From: Thermoplasmatales archaeon
GTDB taxonomy: Archaea; Thermoplasmatota; Thermoplasmata; Thermoplasmatales; Thermoplasmataceae
DNA: 64,000 bases
Assembly (NCBI GenBank): GCA_027310185.1
Contig: DAIDBH010000006.1
Coordinates: 96,001 to 160,000 of the forward strand
Direction: 5' to 3'
Both the position numbers and the translations under genes were made by a program. Under the pieces are notes generated by a model. It searched no databases. It worked only from the letters and a program-made list of their open reading frames with translations, and was not told the DNA's origin. Positions 18,231-29,501 of this stretch are shown piece after piece. Positions within the stretch are counted from its first letter, which is position 1. Each line of letters begins with the position of its first letter.

Positions 18231-19576
18231 TTCAACCCTCTCGCTTTATCAATTTCTGACTGAACGGATTCATGTCTCAGCACCCTGCTTACAAAGTAAA
18301 AGCTGAATGGTACAACCAGGAAATAGAATATCATTATGGCTATTCCAAGTGGGATTATAGCAGATGAAGTATTTGCAGCAGACTGCACAGTCATGACATT
18401 GTAGATGATCCATGGCTGTCGACCAACCTCGTCTGTCACCCATCCACTGTCATATACGAGTATTAGAAGTAAGCCTGATACTATCATGCCATACAGACCA
18501 ATTTTGGTTGTTATTGATTTTTGTCTCAACAATCTCCATATGAGATACAATGCGAATAACCCTACCAGGAATCCGCCACCTACCATGGTGTCAAATGTCA
18601 GGTGAATGAAAAGTGGAGGCCACAAGCTCTGTGGGTACTGGTCTAACCCCGGTAACGTACCTTTTCCAAGTGTCTGCGGATAAGCAAGCAAACTTTGCAA
18701 TTTTGGTATGGTGATTGCATAAAGTATCTTGCCCGATACCAGGATCCCACCAAGTGTTTCTGCACCGCTTGTTTTACTGTGAAGATCCAGCTCAATTGCC
18801 GCGTATTTTAACGGTTGCAGAACTATGAGCTGTGAAGCAGCCAGGCTTCCAGTTATACCTGCTAATGCTATTGAAATAAGACCCACTGCTGCGACCAGTT
18901 TCAGTCCCTTTCTGTTAAAGATTCTTTCATCCTCGCTCTTTGCCCTCAGGAAACTGTATGCAAGATAGGCACCTATTAGGAAGACACCAGCGGTCACTGT
19001 CGCAGTAACGACGTGAAGGTCTTCATATAACACAGATGGTGCAGCTATAGCCGCCAGAGGATTAATATCTGTTAATATGCCAGTCTTGAGGTAGTAAGGA
19101 ATGTTGAAGCCCGCAGGTGTGTTCATCCATGCGTTTATCATGGTTATGAAAACAGCAGACATCACAGTACCAACCGCAACCATCAATGATAGGACCCAGT
19201 GTTTATATCTGTTTTTGTAGAAATCCCAGTAGTAAAAATAGAGAACGAGACAGATAGATTCCAGAAGAAATGCAAATACCTCATAATAGAAGGGTAGGAT
19301 ATCGACCTTTCCGACAACAACCATAAAGCTAGGCCATAGAGCAAACAGTTCAACTGCAAGAACCGTTCCACTTGCAGTTCCTATTGCAAAAAATATGACA
19401 AGTGCGATCGTCAACCTCCTGGCTAATGCTTCATAGTATGGGTCTTTCCTCCTTATCCCGATATACTCAGCCAGTGATACAATAATACTGAGCCCTATAC
19501 TCATCGTTACGATCAGTATATGAGACGCAAGGGTAAATCCCATAAGGAAACGGTCGAAGTTGACTATGAAGGTCAT
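18227..19576 (-). CDS. cydA: Cytochrome bd oxidase subunit I (short Q-loop)
   Basis: ASHI, NAWMNTP.G, QPLKYAAIE, FDTMV, GWVTDEVGRQPW. Confidence 0.96.
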   Translation of the reverse strand: MTFIVNFDRFLMGFTLASHILIVTMSIGLSIIVSLAEYIGIRRKDPYYEALARRLTIALVIFFAIGTASGTVLAVELFALWPSFMVVVGKVDILPFYYEVFAFLLESICLVLYFYYWDFYKNRYKHWVLSLMVAVGTVMSAVFITMINAWMNTPAGFNIPYYLKTGILTDINPLAAIAAPSVLYEDLHVVTATVTAGVFLIGAYLAYSFLRAKSEDERIFNRKGLKLVAAVGLISIALAGITGSLAASQLIVLQPLKYAAIELDLHSKTSGAETLGGILVSGKILYAITIPKLQSLLAYPQTLGKGTLPGLDQYPQSLWPPLFIHLTFDTMVGGGFLVGLFALYLIWRLLRQKSITTKIGLYGMIVSGLLLILVYDSGWVTDEVGRQPWIIYNVMTVQSAANTSSAIIPLGIAIMIFYFLVVPFSFYFVSRVLRHESVQSEIDKARGLK

Positions 19577-19951
19577 AAAAAATTATAGCACTAAACCATA
19601 CTTAAATCCTTTGTTGATAAATTATATTTTATAAAAGATAAAAAATTTTTGACTTATACTAATTTTAATGTAAAACTTATTAACCATGGGATTTTTTGGC
19701 TTGGAAAATTTAAAAGGAAATGATGAACATTGATACGGACTATGGTTGTCACAATCTTTGATCGTTTCTGTATTTTTTCTTAAAATTAATTCTCACGATA
19801 TTATATGCTGGTTACTATTATTATTTATCTAACCTATATAGAAAATATTTGTTATGTAAATAAACATTGCCTGCATCCTTTTTCCAGAAAATGTTAAATG
19901 TTCTAAAATTTTGCTGCGATAGTATAAATATACTCAAGTATTTGACTGAAT

Positions 19952-20350
19952 ATGTCTCCTGACTCAAGACTCCGAACACTCATAGAATCAGATAATTTCA
20001 TGAAAAATTTCAAAATTGAAATCCTATCAGAGAGAAATGGTGAAGTTACCCTGAAAATCCTCCTAGAAGATAGATTCATGAGGATGGGAGAAGTTGTTAA
20101 CGGAGGCATAATTGCCGGCCTGTTTGATATTTCCGGCGCCCTTTCTGTATTCACCATTCCGGACGTATTCAATGCATTCACACTTTCACTTAATGTCACG
20201 TTTCTCACGCCACTCAGCGGAGATTACTGTACGGTAACGTCCAGAGTCAAGAGAGAAGGTGGAAGACACGCGTTTATTGAGATGGCTATCGATGACCAGA
20301 ATGAAAATACGGTCGCAACTGCACACGGAATATGGGCTATATCAAGGTGA
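19952..20350 (+). CDS. PaaI-family (hotdog) thioesterase
   Basis: GEVVNGGIIAGLFD, TLSLNVTFLTP, GGRH..., VATAHG. Confidence 0.88.
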   Translation: MSPDSRLRTLIESDNFMKNFKIEILSERNGEVTLKILLEDRFMRMGEVVNGGIIAGLFDISGALSVFTIPDVFNAFTLSLNVTFLTPLSGDYCTVTSRVKREGGRHAFIEMAIDDQNENTVATAHGIWAISR

Positions 20351-20356
20351 TACTTA

Positions 20357-21523
20357 ATGGAAAGCAATGATCTTCTCAGTGGAAAAAATATAGTGATGAT
20401 TGTTAGTGGCAGTATATCTGCTTATAGAACACCTGACATTATCAGGGACCTGAAAAGAAGTGGTGCCAGGGTAAAGGTTATACTATCCAGTAGCGCAGAA
20501 CAGATCATTGGGAGAGAAGCGATGGAATGGGCATCAGAAGAACCTGTCATAACTTCCCTGACAGGCAATATGGAACATATCAGTCTATTCGACGGTGACA
20601 GGGAGAACACTGTTCTTCTTGTATGCCCTGCAACATACAATATGATCGGCAAATTTGCAGGTGGAATAGCTGATGACACTGCAAGTACAGTATTCGCAAA
20701 CGCTCTGGGTACCATGATAAGAACTGTAATTGTACCCGCAATGCACATGGAAATGTATGAGAGTCCTGTTCTAAGAGAAAATATGCTTAAACTCAAAGGT
20801 TACGGTGTTGATTTTGTTTCTCCAAGAGTTGAGGACGGAAAAGCCAAGCTAATGTGGTCGGAAGAAATAATAGACACAATCCTTAGACGTGGTAATAATA
20901 ATAGGACAATATTGATTGTTTCAGGGAAAAGCGAAGTTGCCATTGATCCGGTTAGATCATTGACAAACAGTAGTTCTGGATATACAGGCATATGCATGGC
21001 AAGAGAGGCATACAGGGATGGATACGACAGGATAATTTATGTGGGCAATTCTGAATACAGGATTCCATATTACTGCGAATTTGTGAAATGTAACCAGACA
21101 GATGAATATTACAAGATAGCAGAGGAACTGGTAAGGAACCAGAAAATTGACCTCATAGTAATTCCTGCAGCACTTTCAGATTTTACAGTCGAAAAAAGAG
21201 ATGAAAAGATCAGTAGTAATGAATCTGTTTCTCTGGTTATGAAACCGAGGGAGAAGCTTGTGGATAGTATAGAAGGAATCATGAAGAGTTTCAAGCTTCA
21301 CGTTCCAATAATCAGGTTCAAGCTTACAGATAGGAAATATGTGCCTGAAACACCAGATCAGGTTACAGTTGTGAATATGGTTCAGGAAAAACCATTTGGA
21401 GTCAAAATGAACAGATACGTCATTTATGATGGAGAAAAAAAATTAATGGAAAAAGATATGGGAAAGGAAGAGTTGGCATCAATTCTGATAAAAATAGGTG
21501 ATGGTATCATTGAAAAACATTGA
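20357..21523 (+). CDS. coaBC: Phosphopantothenoylcysteine decarboxylase/ligase CoaBC
   Basis: SGSISAY, EHI, PATYN..GKFA.GIAD, PAMH..MY, IDPVR.LTNSSSG.TG, AALSDF. Confidence 0.93.
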   Translation: MESNDLLSGKNIVMIVSGSISAYRTPDIIRDLKRSGARVKVILSSSAEQIIGREAMEWASEEPVITSLTGNMEHISLFDGDRENTVLLVCPATYNMIGKFAGGIADDTASTVFANALGTMIRTVIVPAMHMEMYESPVLRENMLKLKGYGVDFVSPRVEDGKAKLMWSEEIIDTILRRGNNNRTILIVSGKSEVAIDPVRSLTNSSSGYTGICMAREAYRDGYDRIIYVGNSEYRIPYYCEFVKCNQTDEYYKIAEELVRNQKIDLIVIPAALSDFTVEKRDEKISSNESVSLVMKPREKLVDSIEGIMKSFKLHVPIIRFKLTDRKYVPETPDQVTVVNMVQEKPFGVKMNRYVIYDGEKKLMEKDMGKEELASILIKIGDGIIEKH

Positions 21524-22268
21524 GATTACAGGATACCAGCTGGAATTGATGAAAAAGGAAGAATTCCTTGAAAGATCAGGTGATATATCGGGTGAATTCA
21601 TAAGAAACTCTTTTGTGGTGTTTCCTGAGAGATTTATAATTGATCCAGTAGATGAACAGAGCGATTCTGAACTTTTTTACAGACTGGAGGAAATGTCAAG
21701 GAGAGTAACTCTCATAGCAGGCTCACTCATTGTGAGGGAGAGGGGAAATTTATACAATAGGTCATACGTTTATCACAGAGGAAAAATGATTGGATACCAG
21801 GACAAGATAGTGCCATTCAACAGGGAAAAATCAAGGATCACGCCAGGAAGAGTGATCAAGGTTTTCTCATGTGAGGATATAACATTCTCTGTGCCAGTTT
21901 GCTATGATCTGGACTTTCCGTTCTTCTCAAAGATCAGCTCAATGAACGGTGCCAGAATAATATTCAACCCATCCCTGATTCGAAGGGACTTCCATGATGA
22001 ATGGCACCAGTACATGGTTACAAGGGCACTGGAAAACAGGATTGCAGTTTTATCTGTGAATTCACTTACTGAACAGTTCAACGGGGACTCCATATTTGTC
22101 CAGACCTATGTGGAAGATGATGGTGTTAGAATTACTAGGACAGATTTAGGAAAGGAAAGAAGAAAGAGTCTTACGTTCATCCCGGGAAATATAAATGCCA
22201 AATTCATTCAGAGGCACGAGGAAGACCCAGGTATTTATTCATTCCCCGTCAAGAAAATTAACTACTGA
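21498..22268 (+). CDS. Carbon-nitrogen hydrolase (nitrilase superfamily)
   Basis: E-K-C triad: VFPE, QDK, VCYDLDFP; RALEN. The start may be TTG 21510, which follows GGTGA. Confidence 0.9.
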   Translation: MMVSLKNIEITGYQLELMKKEEFLERSGDISGEFIRNSFVVFPERFIIDPVDEQSDSELFYRLEEMSRRVTLIAGSLIVRERGNLYNRSYVYHRGKMIGYQDKIVPFNREKSRITPGRVIKVFSCEDITFSVPVCYDLDFPFFSKISSMNGARIIFNPSLIRRDFHDEWHQYMVTRALENRIAVLSVNSLTEQFNGDSIFVQTYVEDDGVRITRTDLGKERRKSLTFIPGNINAKFIQRHEEDPGIYSFPVKKINY

Positions 22269-22946
22269 CTGGCAAACCTTTTCACTTGATGATACGTGAG
22301 GAGTATGCGTGCCATCCTTTATTATATTCAAGGTTGAACTTTTAATGTTTTGACTCATTCTGATCCCATATTCTAAGGGAATCATGTGATCTTCCTCTCC
22401 CCATATAATAAGTGTCCTTTTTCTTATGGTTGCTAACATTTTTTCGTCTATCTTGTCCCTTCCTCCCGTATTGTTTTCGACTATTTCCCTCATGATTTCC
22501 ATGTCATTCCCGGGACTTACCTTTTCCAGCCTGAGCATGAATTTTTCTACACTCTCCTGACCCTGATCACCAACCGTTGGGTTGGTCCCGGCGTTATCAA
22601 TAAGTATCAATCCCTGAGAATCACCATATTTAATTTCGTAGTAAAGAGCGACCCAGCCCCCATATGAATTACCACCAATGAAGAACTCCTTCACGCCGAG
22701 ACCTTCTATTAGATCGTGGATCATTTCGGCCTGGTCAGAAACCTTAATGTCGTGGTTCTTTACTGAATGCCCGTGACCAAGTAGGTCGGGTAAAATAACA
22801 CCGTATTTTTCTGGTATACATGATGATATTTTCATGAAATTGTTGCCCAGACCTCCAAGGCCGTGCAAAAGTATGATGTATTTTTCGCCCTCCCTGAAGA
22901 GAAAGGAGACTTTTCCATGAGAAGTTTGCAGGGTATGTCTGTACAT
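22239..22946 (-). CDS. Alpha/beta fold hydrolase
   Basis: LLHGLGG, PDLLGHG, GNSYGG nucleophile, WGEED, HTPH. Confidence 0.92.
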   Translation of the reverse strand: MYRHTLQTSHGKVSFLFREGEKYIILLHGLGGLGNNFMKISSCIPEKYGVILPDLLGHGHSVKNHDIKVSDQAEMIHDLIEGLGVKEFFIGGNSYGGWVALYYEIKYGDSQGLILIDNAGTNPTVGDQGQESVEKFMLRLEKVSPGNDMEIMREIVENNTGGRDKIDEKMLATIRKRTLIIWGEEDHMIPLEYGIRMSQNIKSSTLNIIKDGTHTPHVSSSEKVCQSVVNFLDGE

Positions 22947-23086
22947 ATTAAAACCTTATGTAATCATGGGCTTAAATTCAATACTTATTCCTAACATATA
23001 TATTTTATAAGTAATAAATATTATTTTTCAACCAATCCGGGTTATTGCCTACTGAACCTTTATAAGTCAGGAACGATGATTGCATT

Positions 23087-25762
23087 ATGAAAGAACAGGG
23101 AAACAAGTATATCTATACTTTTGAGGAAGGAGGAAAGGATATGGCTGGCCTTCTGGGTGGGAAGGGTGCAGGACTTGCAGAAATGAAGAAGCTGGGTTTG
23201 AATGTTCCAGATGGTTTCACAATAACAACGAAGGCATGCATCGCATTTCAGAAAAGCAATAAGATGCCGGATGGACTTAACGATTCTGTAAGGGAAAACA
23301 TGAAAATCCTTGAAACAAAGACAGGAAAGGGTTTTGGAAGTGAGAAAAATCCATTGCTGGTCTCAGTCAGATCGGGAGCACCCATAAGCATGCCTGGAAT
23401 GATGGACACAATCCTGAATGTGGGACTGAACGACAGGTCTTTAAAAGGGCTTTCCGACTCCACCAAAAACAGGAGATTTGCGATGGATTCATACAGGAGG
23501 CTCAAGCAGATGTTTGGAACAGTCGTCTATAACCTGCCACATGATGAATTTGAGGAAATTATACAGGAAAAGAAGGAGAAGTATGGAAGGAAAAATGATA
23601 CAGAATTGAAGGCGGATGAACTGGAGGAGATAGGAAAGGAATTCGATGAAGTCTACAGGAAACACGGGAAGACGTTTCCACAGGACCCTGAAAAACAGCT
23701 CTTTCTATCAATAGAAGCCGTTTTCAATTCTTGGAATTCCCCCCGGGCAATAGCTTACAGGGAAATCAATAAGATAAGCAATGATCTTGGAACTGCAGTT
23801 AATATTGTAAGCATGGTCTTTGGAAACACTGGTAACAACTCCGCAACGGGAGTGGCATTCACCAGAAACCCCAATACGGGAGAAAAGGAACTTTTCGGCG
23901 AATACCTGCTGAATGCTCAGGGTGAAGATGTTGTTGCCGGTATCAGAACACCGAAAAAAATTACTGAACTGCAGAAACAGCTGCCTGATGCCTACAGTGA
24001 TTTTATCAGGTCTGCTGAAATCCTTGAGAAAAATTACAGGGACATGCAGGACATGGAATTTACAATTGAGAATGGAAAATTCTTTATGCTACAGACAAGG
24101 AATGGGAAGAGAAGTGCAAGGGCAACCGTGAGGATAGCAGTTGAGATGGCGAAGGAGGGACTGATAACAATGGAAGAAGCAGTTCTGAGAGTCTCGCCTG
24201 AAACACTTGACATACTGTTCCATCCACAGGTAAAGAAGAGTGGGAAGGAAAAGGTTCTGGGACATGGACTTGCAGCTTCACCTGGAGCGGCCATTGGACA
24301 GATAGTTTTCTCTTCGGACAGGGCAGTGGAACTCTCAAAGAACAGGGTTAAGGTAATTCTGGTAAGGCCCGAAACCACAGCGGATGATGTGAGAGGGATG
24401 TCGGTATCTGAAGGTTTCCTGACACAGAAAGGAGGCATGACTTCACACGCAGCGGTCGTTTCAAGAGCCATGGGTAAACCTGCCGTTGTTGGTGTGGAAT
24501 CCATGAAGGTTAATGTCAGGGAAAAGTCCCTTACCATAGATGGGACCATTCTCAGGGAAGGAGATATCATAACAGTGGACGGGACAAATGGGGAATTCCT
24601 TCTCGGTGTTACAGATCTTGAAGAGTCACAGGTGGGTGAACATATAGAAGTTCTTTTGAAGTGGTCGGATTCATACAGAAGACTTGGAATAAGATCTAAT
24701 GCCAATACCCCTGAAGAGGCAATAATTGCACGCAGGAATGGTGGCGAGGGTATTGGCCTTGCCAGGACTGAGAGAATGTTCCTGGGCGGTGACAGGATAG
24801 AGATAATGAGATCAATGATAATGAGCAAAAACGCTGAAGACCGGCAGTTCAACCTCACCAAGCTCCTTCCAATGCAGATTTCAGATTTTACAGAATTCTT
24901 CAGGACGATGGAGGGTTTTCCGGTGATTATAAGACTGCTTGATCCACCTCTACACGAGTTCCTTCCAGATAAGGAAGAGGTGCTTAACAGGATATATTCA
25001 CTGAAGATAAAAATGATAAAGGCGAGTGAATTGAAGGAAATTGATGAGATAATGGCCAGCATAAACCGGGAGAATGAAATGCTGGGTGTTATAAGATCTC
25101 TGGAGGAATTCAATCCAATGCTAGGGTTCAGGGGATGCAGACTGGGAATAAGCTTCCCTGAGATTTACGAGATGCAAGTGAGGGCAATTATAAGAGCTGC
25201 AATAAACGTGATGAGTGAGGGAAAGAAGATCATACCTGAGATAATGATACCCCTTGTTGGAACTGAGAAAGAATTATCAATTCTCAGGGAAAGATTGGAG
25301 AAAGTGGCCCTAGACGAAAAAGGCCATTACAATATCAACTATAAATTTGGAACAATGATAGAAATCCCAAGGGCGTGCATAGTTGCAGATAAGATAGCCT
25401 CATACGCAGATTTCTTCTCATTTGGCACAAATGATCTCACGCAGATGACCTTTGGATATAGCAGGGATGATGCCGAGGGAAAGTTCATGGCAAAATATCT
25501 CGAAGAAAAAATAGTGCCCAATGATCCATTCCGGACTGTGGATGTCGAAGGTGTTGGCGAACTCATGAAGATGGCAGTGGAGAGAGGGAGGAAGGGAAAC
25601 AAAAGCCTGGAAATTGGCATATGTGGAGAGCAGGGCGGAGACCCTGAAACAATAGAGTTCTGTCATAAAATTGGTCTTGATTATGTTTCCGCCTCCCCAT
25701 ACAGGATTCCGATTGCAAGATTGTCAGCTGCGCGGGCAGCTTTGAAGGATAAGAAGAAATAA
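23087..25762 (+). CDS. ppdK: Pyruvate, phosphate dikinase
   Basis: LLGGKGA, VSVRSGA..SMPGMMDT, QGEDVVAG, GGMTSHAAVV (phospho-His), IRLLDPPLHEF, FSFGTNDL, ICGE. Confidence 0.98.
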   Translation: MKEQGNKYIYTFEEGGKDMAGLLGGKGAGLAEMKKLGLNVPDGFTITTKACIAFQKSNKMPDGLNDSVRENMKILETKTGKGFGSEKNPLLVSVRSGAPISMPGMMDTILNVGLNDRSLKGLSDSTKNRRFAMDSYRRLKQMFGTVVYNLPHDEFEEIIQEKKEKYGRKNDTELKADELEEIGKEFDEVYRKHGKTFPQDPEKQLFLSIEAVFNSWNSPRAIAYREINKISNDLGTAVNIVSMVFGNTGNNSATGVAFTRNPNTGEKELFGEYLLNAQGEDVVAGIRTPKKITELQKQLPDAYSDFIRSAEILEKNYRDMQDMEFTIENGKFFMLQTRNGKRSARATVRIAVEMAKEGLITMEEAVLRVSPETLDILFHPQVKKSGKEKVLGHGLAASPGAAIGQIVFSSDRAVELSKNRVKVILVRPETTADDVRGMSVSEGFLTQKGGMTSHAAVVSRAMGKPAVVGVESMKVNVREKSLTIDGTILREGDIITVDGTNGEFLLGVTDLEESQVGEHIEVLLKWSDSYRRLGIRSNANTPEEAIIARRNGGEGIGLARTERMFLGGDRIEIMRSMIMSKNAEDRQFNLTKLLPMQISDFTEFFRTMEGFPVIIRLLDPPLHEFLPDKEEVLNRIYSLKIKMIKASELKEIDEIMASINRENEMLGVIRSLEEFNPMLGFRGCRLGISFPEIYEMQVRAIIRAAINVMSEGKKIIPEIMIPLVGTEKELSILRERLEKVALDEKGHYNINYKFGTMIEIPRACIVADKIASYADFFSFGTNDLTQMTFGYSRDDAEGKFMAKYLEEKIVPNDPFRTVDVEGVGELMKMAVERGRKGNKSLEIGICGEQGGDPETIEFCHKIGLDYVSASPYRIPIARLSAARAALKDKKK

Positions 25763-25772
25763 TTAAAATAAT

Positions 25773-26498
25773 TTAATTTTCTTCAATTTCCCTTAGTATA
25801 TCGCATCCACGATCGGAAAGGAATGTATCGATCTCCATTGTCCTCAGCACATTCAGCTCATTTTTATCGTTTATTGTCCAGGGAATAATTTTTTTCCCCA
25901 GTTTGTTAAGTCCACTATATTCTGGATAATTTAGCAGGGAGAACTGCGGCAGGATGCAGTCTATAAATCCCGGTACCTTGGATTTCAACATACTATCCAG
26001 CATTATTCTGGTTTCCTCAGCCACATCCAGTCCCGTTCTATAATTAAGGTTCATCTCCTTCATTTCCCTAATGGCCACAACATCAAAGGAGATCAGGATC
26101 AGGTTCTCCTTGCTGAAATTTTGTAGAGTGTTGTGAAGAACCGCCTCCAGACCTTCATTTATCCTGTTCCCAAATTCGTCCCTTGTCTTTAGTTCTATGA
26201 ATATCTTCATGTCCTGAAATTTCTTCAGTACATCGCTGAGCAAGGGAATCTTCTGATCGCTCCCCATGAGATCGAGTCGAGAAAGTTCGGAGAACGAATA
26301 ATCACTGACAGACCCTTCAGCGCCTGTCACTCTTTTTAGTGTGGAATCATGAAAGACAACAATTCTGCTATCTCGTGTAATCTGAACATCCAGTTCTATG
26401 CCAAACAAACCACAGTTTTTTGCCTGCTGAAACGACTCCATGCTGTTTTCAGGATGAGAAACAGGCACTCCCCTATGACCAACGATGTTGAAGTCCAT
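25773..26498 (-). CDS. glpQ: Glycerophosphodiester phosphodiesterase
   Basis: GHRG..PENS, IELDV, VFHD.TL.R, IELK, ISFD, WTIND. Confidence 0.93.
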   Translation of the reverse strand: MDFNIVGHRGVPVSHPENSMESFQQAKNCGLFGIELDVQITRDSRIVVFHDSTLKRVTGAEGSVSDYSFSELSRLDLMGSDQKIPLLSDVLKKFQDMKIFIELKTRDEFGNRINEGLEAVLHNTLQNFSKENLILISFDVVAIREMKEMNLNYRTGLDVAEETRIMLDSMLKSKVPGFIDCILPQFSLLNYPEYSGLNKLGKKIIPWTINDKNELNVLRTMEIDTFLSDRGCDILREIEEN

Positions 26499-26556
26499 CT
26501 CAACCTAAATTCGAATACACTTAAAACATTTTATCCTGACTGGCTATTTCCCAAGC

Positions 26557-27921
26557 ATGCAAGATGTCATTATTCCTCATTTCAACAGGCAGTCAAGAGA
26601 GGATTGGATAAGGACTCAGGATGGGAATATTTTTGATGTTGCCATAATAGGTGGGGGGATCACCGGGGCGGGTGTTGCCAATATTCTTTCCCAAAATGGC
26701 ATAAAGGTCATCTTACTTGAACGAAATGATTTTGGTTCTGGAACAAGTTCTGGATCTTCGAAACTCATACATGGTGGATTGAGATATCTTGCAGAATTAA
26801 GGTTCCGTGAAGTGAAAATATTACTAAAAGAAAGAGATTATCTAGCAAAAAATACTGATATCGTAAAATATATGAATTTCAGGATCCTTATTGATCCGTA
26901 CTCGTGGAAGAAGTGGACCATGAGAACTGGACTTTTTATCTACAATATTCTTAGCAGACGGATAAAAGTACCGAAGATGAGGAAAAATAATGGAGAATAC
27001 GGAAAAGAAGTCAGGGGGTATTTCACCTACATGGATGCTTTCTCTGATGACTGCAGACTGACCATATATAACATTGCATCCTCTGTCAGGCACGGAGCAA
27101 AATGCCTCAATTACTGTGAAGTTCAGACAGTCAGCCTCGCGGGAAATGGTGTTGAACTTGGTGTTCTGGATAAAGCAGGAAACAGAAAATTCAAGGTTAG
27201 GGCAGGAATATGCATAAACGCTGCCGGCCCATGGTCCGGTAATGTTTATAAGAATCTGGAAAATGGTGATAACGTTAGACTTAAATTAAGCAAGGGCGTT
27301 CACATTGTTGTACCCCGGGAAAAAGCCCCTACTGAGGATGCAATAGTTTTCAGGAGTCACCTGGACAGAAGACAGATGTTCATAATACCGAGAGGAGAAG
27401 TAACAATTATAGGTACAACGGATAATTTTGTTGATGATCCCGATGATTTCAATGTCTCAGATAAAGACGTAGATTATATAATTAAAAGTGCCCAACGTAT
27501 TTTTAGGGATCTGGAAAGAAATGACATCACCTATTCCTATGCAGGAATCAGGCCTTTATATGGGAATGGCGATGATCCTGGGTCCATATCAAGAGGGTTG
27601 ACTATCATGCATGACGAACATTTCATTAACATATTTGGTGGAAAGCTAACAGATTACAGGTCAGCAGCAAGAAAGGTCGCAAGGGTATATGAAAAATTAA
27701 GTGGCAGGAAGATTAGTTTAAAAAACATGCCAGTGATTGATTACAGCAGGCCTGAACTTACTGGTGAAGAGCTTTACAGGTATGAAATGGAATACGAATG
27801 TGCAATGTTTCCAGAAGACATTACTAGGAGGAGAGAAGCTTTCGATGTTTATAGGAAGGATAGGGGAGTCTCTGAGCACGAAATTATTAATAGAATAATG
27901 GGAGTGAAAAAAACGCAATAA
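26557..27921 (+). CDS. FAD-dependent glycerol-3-phosphate dehydrogenase (GlpA/GlpD family)
   Basis: IGGGITG, GTSSGSSKLIHGGLRYL, NAAGPW, SKGVH, IGTTD, GIRPL, GGKLT.YR; divergent from glpQ. Confidence 0.92.
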   Translation: MQDVIIPHFNRQSREDWIRTQDGNIFDVAIIGGGITGAGVANILSQNGIKVILLERNDFGSGTSSGSSKLIHGGLRYLAELRFREVKILLKERDYLAKNTDIVKYMNFRILIDPYSWKKWTMRTGLFIYNILSRRIKVPKMRKNNGEYGKEVRGYFTYMDAFSDDCRLTIYNIASSVRHGAKCLNYCEVQTVSLAGNGVELGVLDKAGNRKFKVRAGICINAAGPWSGNVYKNLENGDNVRLKLSKGVHIVVPREKAPTEDAIVFRSHLDRRQMFIIPRGEVTIIGTTDNFVDDPDDFNVSDKDVDYIIKSAQRIFRDLERNDITYSYAGIRPLYGNGDDPGSISRGLTIMHDEHFINIFGGKLTDYRSAARKVARVYEKLSGRKISLKNMPVIDYSRPELTGEELYRYEMEYECAMFPEDITRRREAFDVYRKDRGVSEHEIINRIMGVKKTQ

Positions 27922-27959
27922 AATTGACATTTTCTTACCTGTTTAAAAATCAAAAATAT

Positions 27960-29414
27960 TTAATTTTGGAAAAGCTGGTAGTTTGGCGGCTCAGAAACAA
28001 CTCTTATATCGTGTGGATGACTTTCCGTCAGTCCGTTGTTGGTAATTCGTACAAAAGATGTTTTCTGCTTCAGCTCCTGTATATTCTTACATCCAGCATA
28101 ACCCATTCCAGCCCTTATTCCACCTGAAAGCTGGTATATTACCTCTTCTACTTTGCCTCTATATGGGACAGCTCCCTCAACACCCTCAGCCACAAACTTG
28201 CTTCCTGAAAATTTACCGTATCGATCAGAGCCCTTGCTTAGTGCTCCCATGGAGCCCATGCCTCTGTATGTTTTATATTTTCTACCATTAATTATCATTT
28301 CGTTTCCCGGACTTTCGTCTGTACCGGCCAGTAATGATCCCAGCATAACGCAGTCTGCACCAGCTGCTATTGCCTTGACTATATCTCCGGAAAACCTGAT
28401 TCCACCATCTGCAATGATGGGAACTCCATATTCAGAAGCAACATCGGCTGCATCCCCTATGGCAGTTATTTGTGGAACACCGATACCGGCCACTACCCTA
28501 GTTGTACAGATTGAGCCTGGGCCGATACCTACTTTCAAGCCGTCCACATCGCATGAAATAAGATCTTTTGCTGCATCAGCAGTTGCAATATTTCCAACAA
28601 CAATGTCCACTGATAATTCCTTCTTCAGCTTTTTTATGGCCGTGAGTACATTTTCGTTGTGTGCATGAGCAGTATCTATAACAATAACATCTGCACCTTC
28701 CTTCTCCATGAGCAGTGCGCGATCAACATCAAAGGGTCCAACTGCTGCGCCGACCATGAGCTGCCCTTTTTCATCCCTTGAAGCCAGTGGAAATTTGTGC
28801 CTTGTTGTGATATCCTTCGATGTTATCAATCCAACGACCTTGTGATTTTTATCGACCAGTGGAAGTTTCTCTATCCTGTGATCATAAAGGATTTTCCTTG
28901 CATCTTCTGGATCTATATTATCATCAGCAAATACCACATCCTTTGTCATGATTTCCTTTACTTTCCCATCTTTCTTCTCTGAGAATTCCATATCCCTTTT
29001 AGTGACTATGCCAACGAGTCGTTCACCGACAACAACTGGAAATCCTGCGATTCCCTTTGTTTCCATTATGTTTCTTGCAACACTTATTGGTGTTTCCTGA
29101 TCAATCGTGTGGACATTCCTTATTATCAGTGATTCTGCCCTCTTTACCCTTCTTACCATTGTTGCCTCTTCATTTCTAGACATGTTTCTATGTATGATCC
29201 CAATGCCGCCTATTCTTGACATTGCAACGGCCATTTCCCATTCAGTTACGGTATCCATTGGTGAGGAGATTATTGGCGTGTTGAGTTTAATATGCTTTGA
29301 AAATACACTTTTTATTTCTGTTTCCCTAGGTTCAATAGGCGATCTTCTTGGCATTACCAGTACATCATCAAAAGTTAATCCTTCCTTTGCTTTAGAAAGT
29401 TTTTCTGTATACAT
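27960..29414 (-). CDS. guaB: IMP dehydrogenase
   Basis: [19 protein letters not shown] pair, [29 protein letters not shown]. Confidence 0.98.
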   Translation of the reverse strand: MYTEKLSKAKEGLTFDDVLVMPRRSPIEPRETEIKSVFSKHIKLNTPIISSPMDTVTEWEMAVAMSRIGGIGIIHRNMSRNEEATMVRRVKRAESLIIRNVHTIDQETPISVARNIMETKGIAGFPVVVGERLVGIVTKRDMEFSEKKDGKVKEIMTKDVVFADDNIDPEDARKILYDHRIEKLPLVDKNHKVVGLITSKDITTRHKFPLASRDEKGQLMVGAAVGPFDVDRALLMEKEGADVIVIDTAHAHNENVLTAIKKLKKELSVDIVVGNIATADAAKDLISCDVDGLKVGIGPGSICTTRVVAGIGVPQITAIGDAADVASEYGVPIIADGGIRFSGDIVKAIAAGADCVMLGSLLAGTDESPGNEMIINGRKYKTYRGMGSMGALSKGSDRYGKFSGSKFVAEGVEGAVPYRGKVEEVIYQLSGGIRAGMGYAGCKNIQELKQKTSFVRITNNGLTESHPHDIRVVSEPPNYQLFQN

Positions 29415-29501
29415 GTTGAGGTTAGAAAATATGAATATTTAAAACTTTATAAACTTATACGCTGTTTGCTTTTTCTCTTCCTGAATTTCCATTACAGATG
29501 G

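Noticed and set aside
20800-20870. CoaC domain lacks the bacterial LACG catalytic-Cys clamp
   Set aside because: The P..E.GKAK version is the usual archaeal form, not specific to this genome.
24034-25113. 359-aa antisense ORF
   Set aside because: Lies wholly opposite ppdK, is Ser/Ile-rich and has no motif; a codon-bias shadow. The same applies to the other antisense or nested track ORFs.
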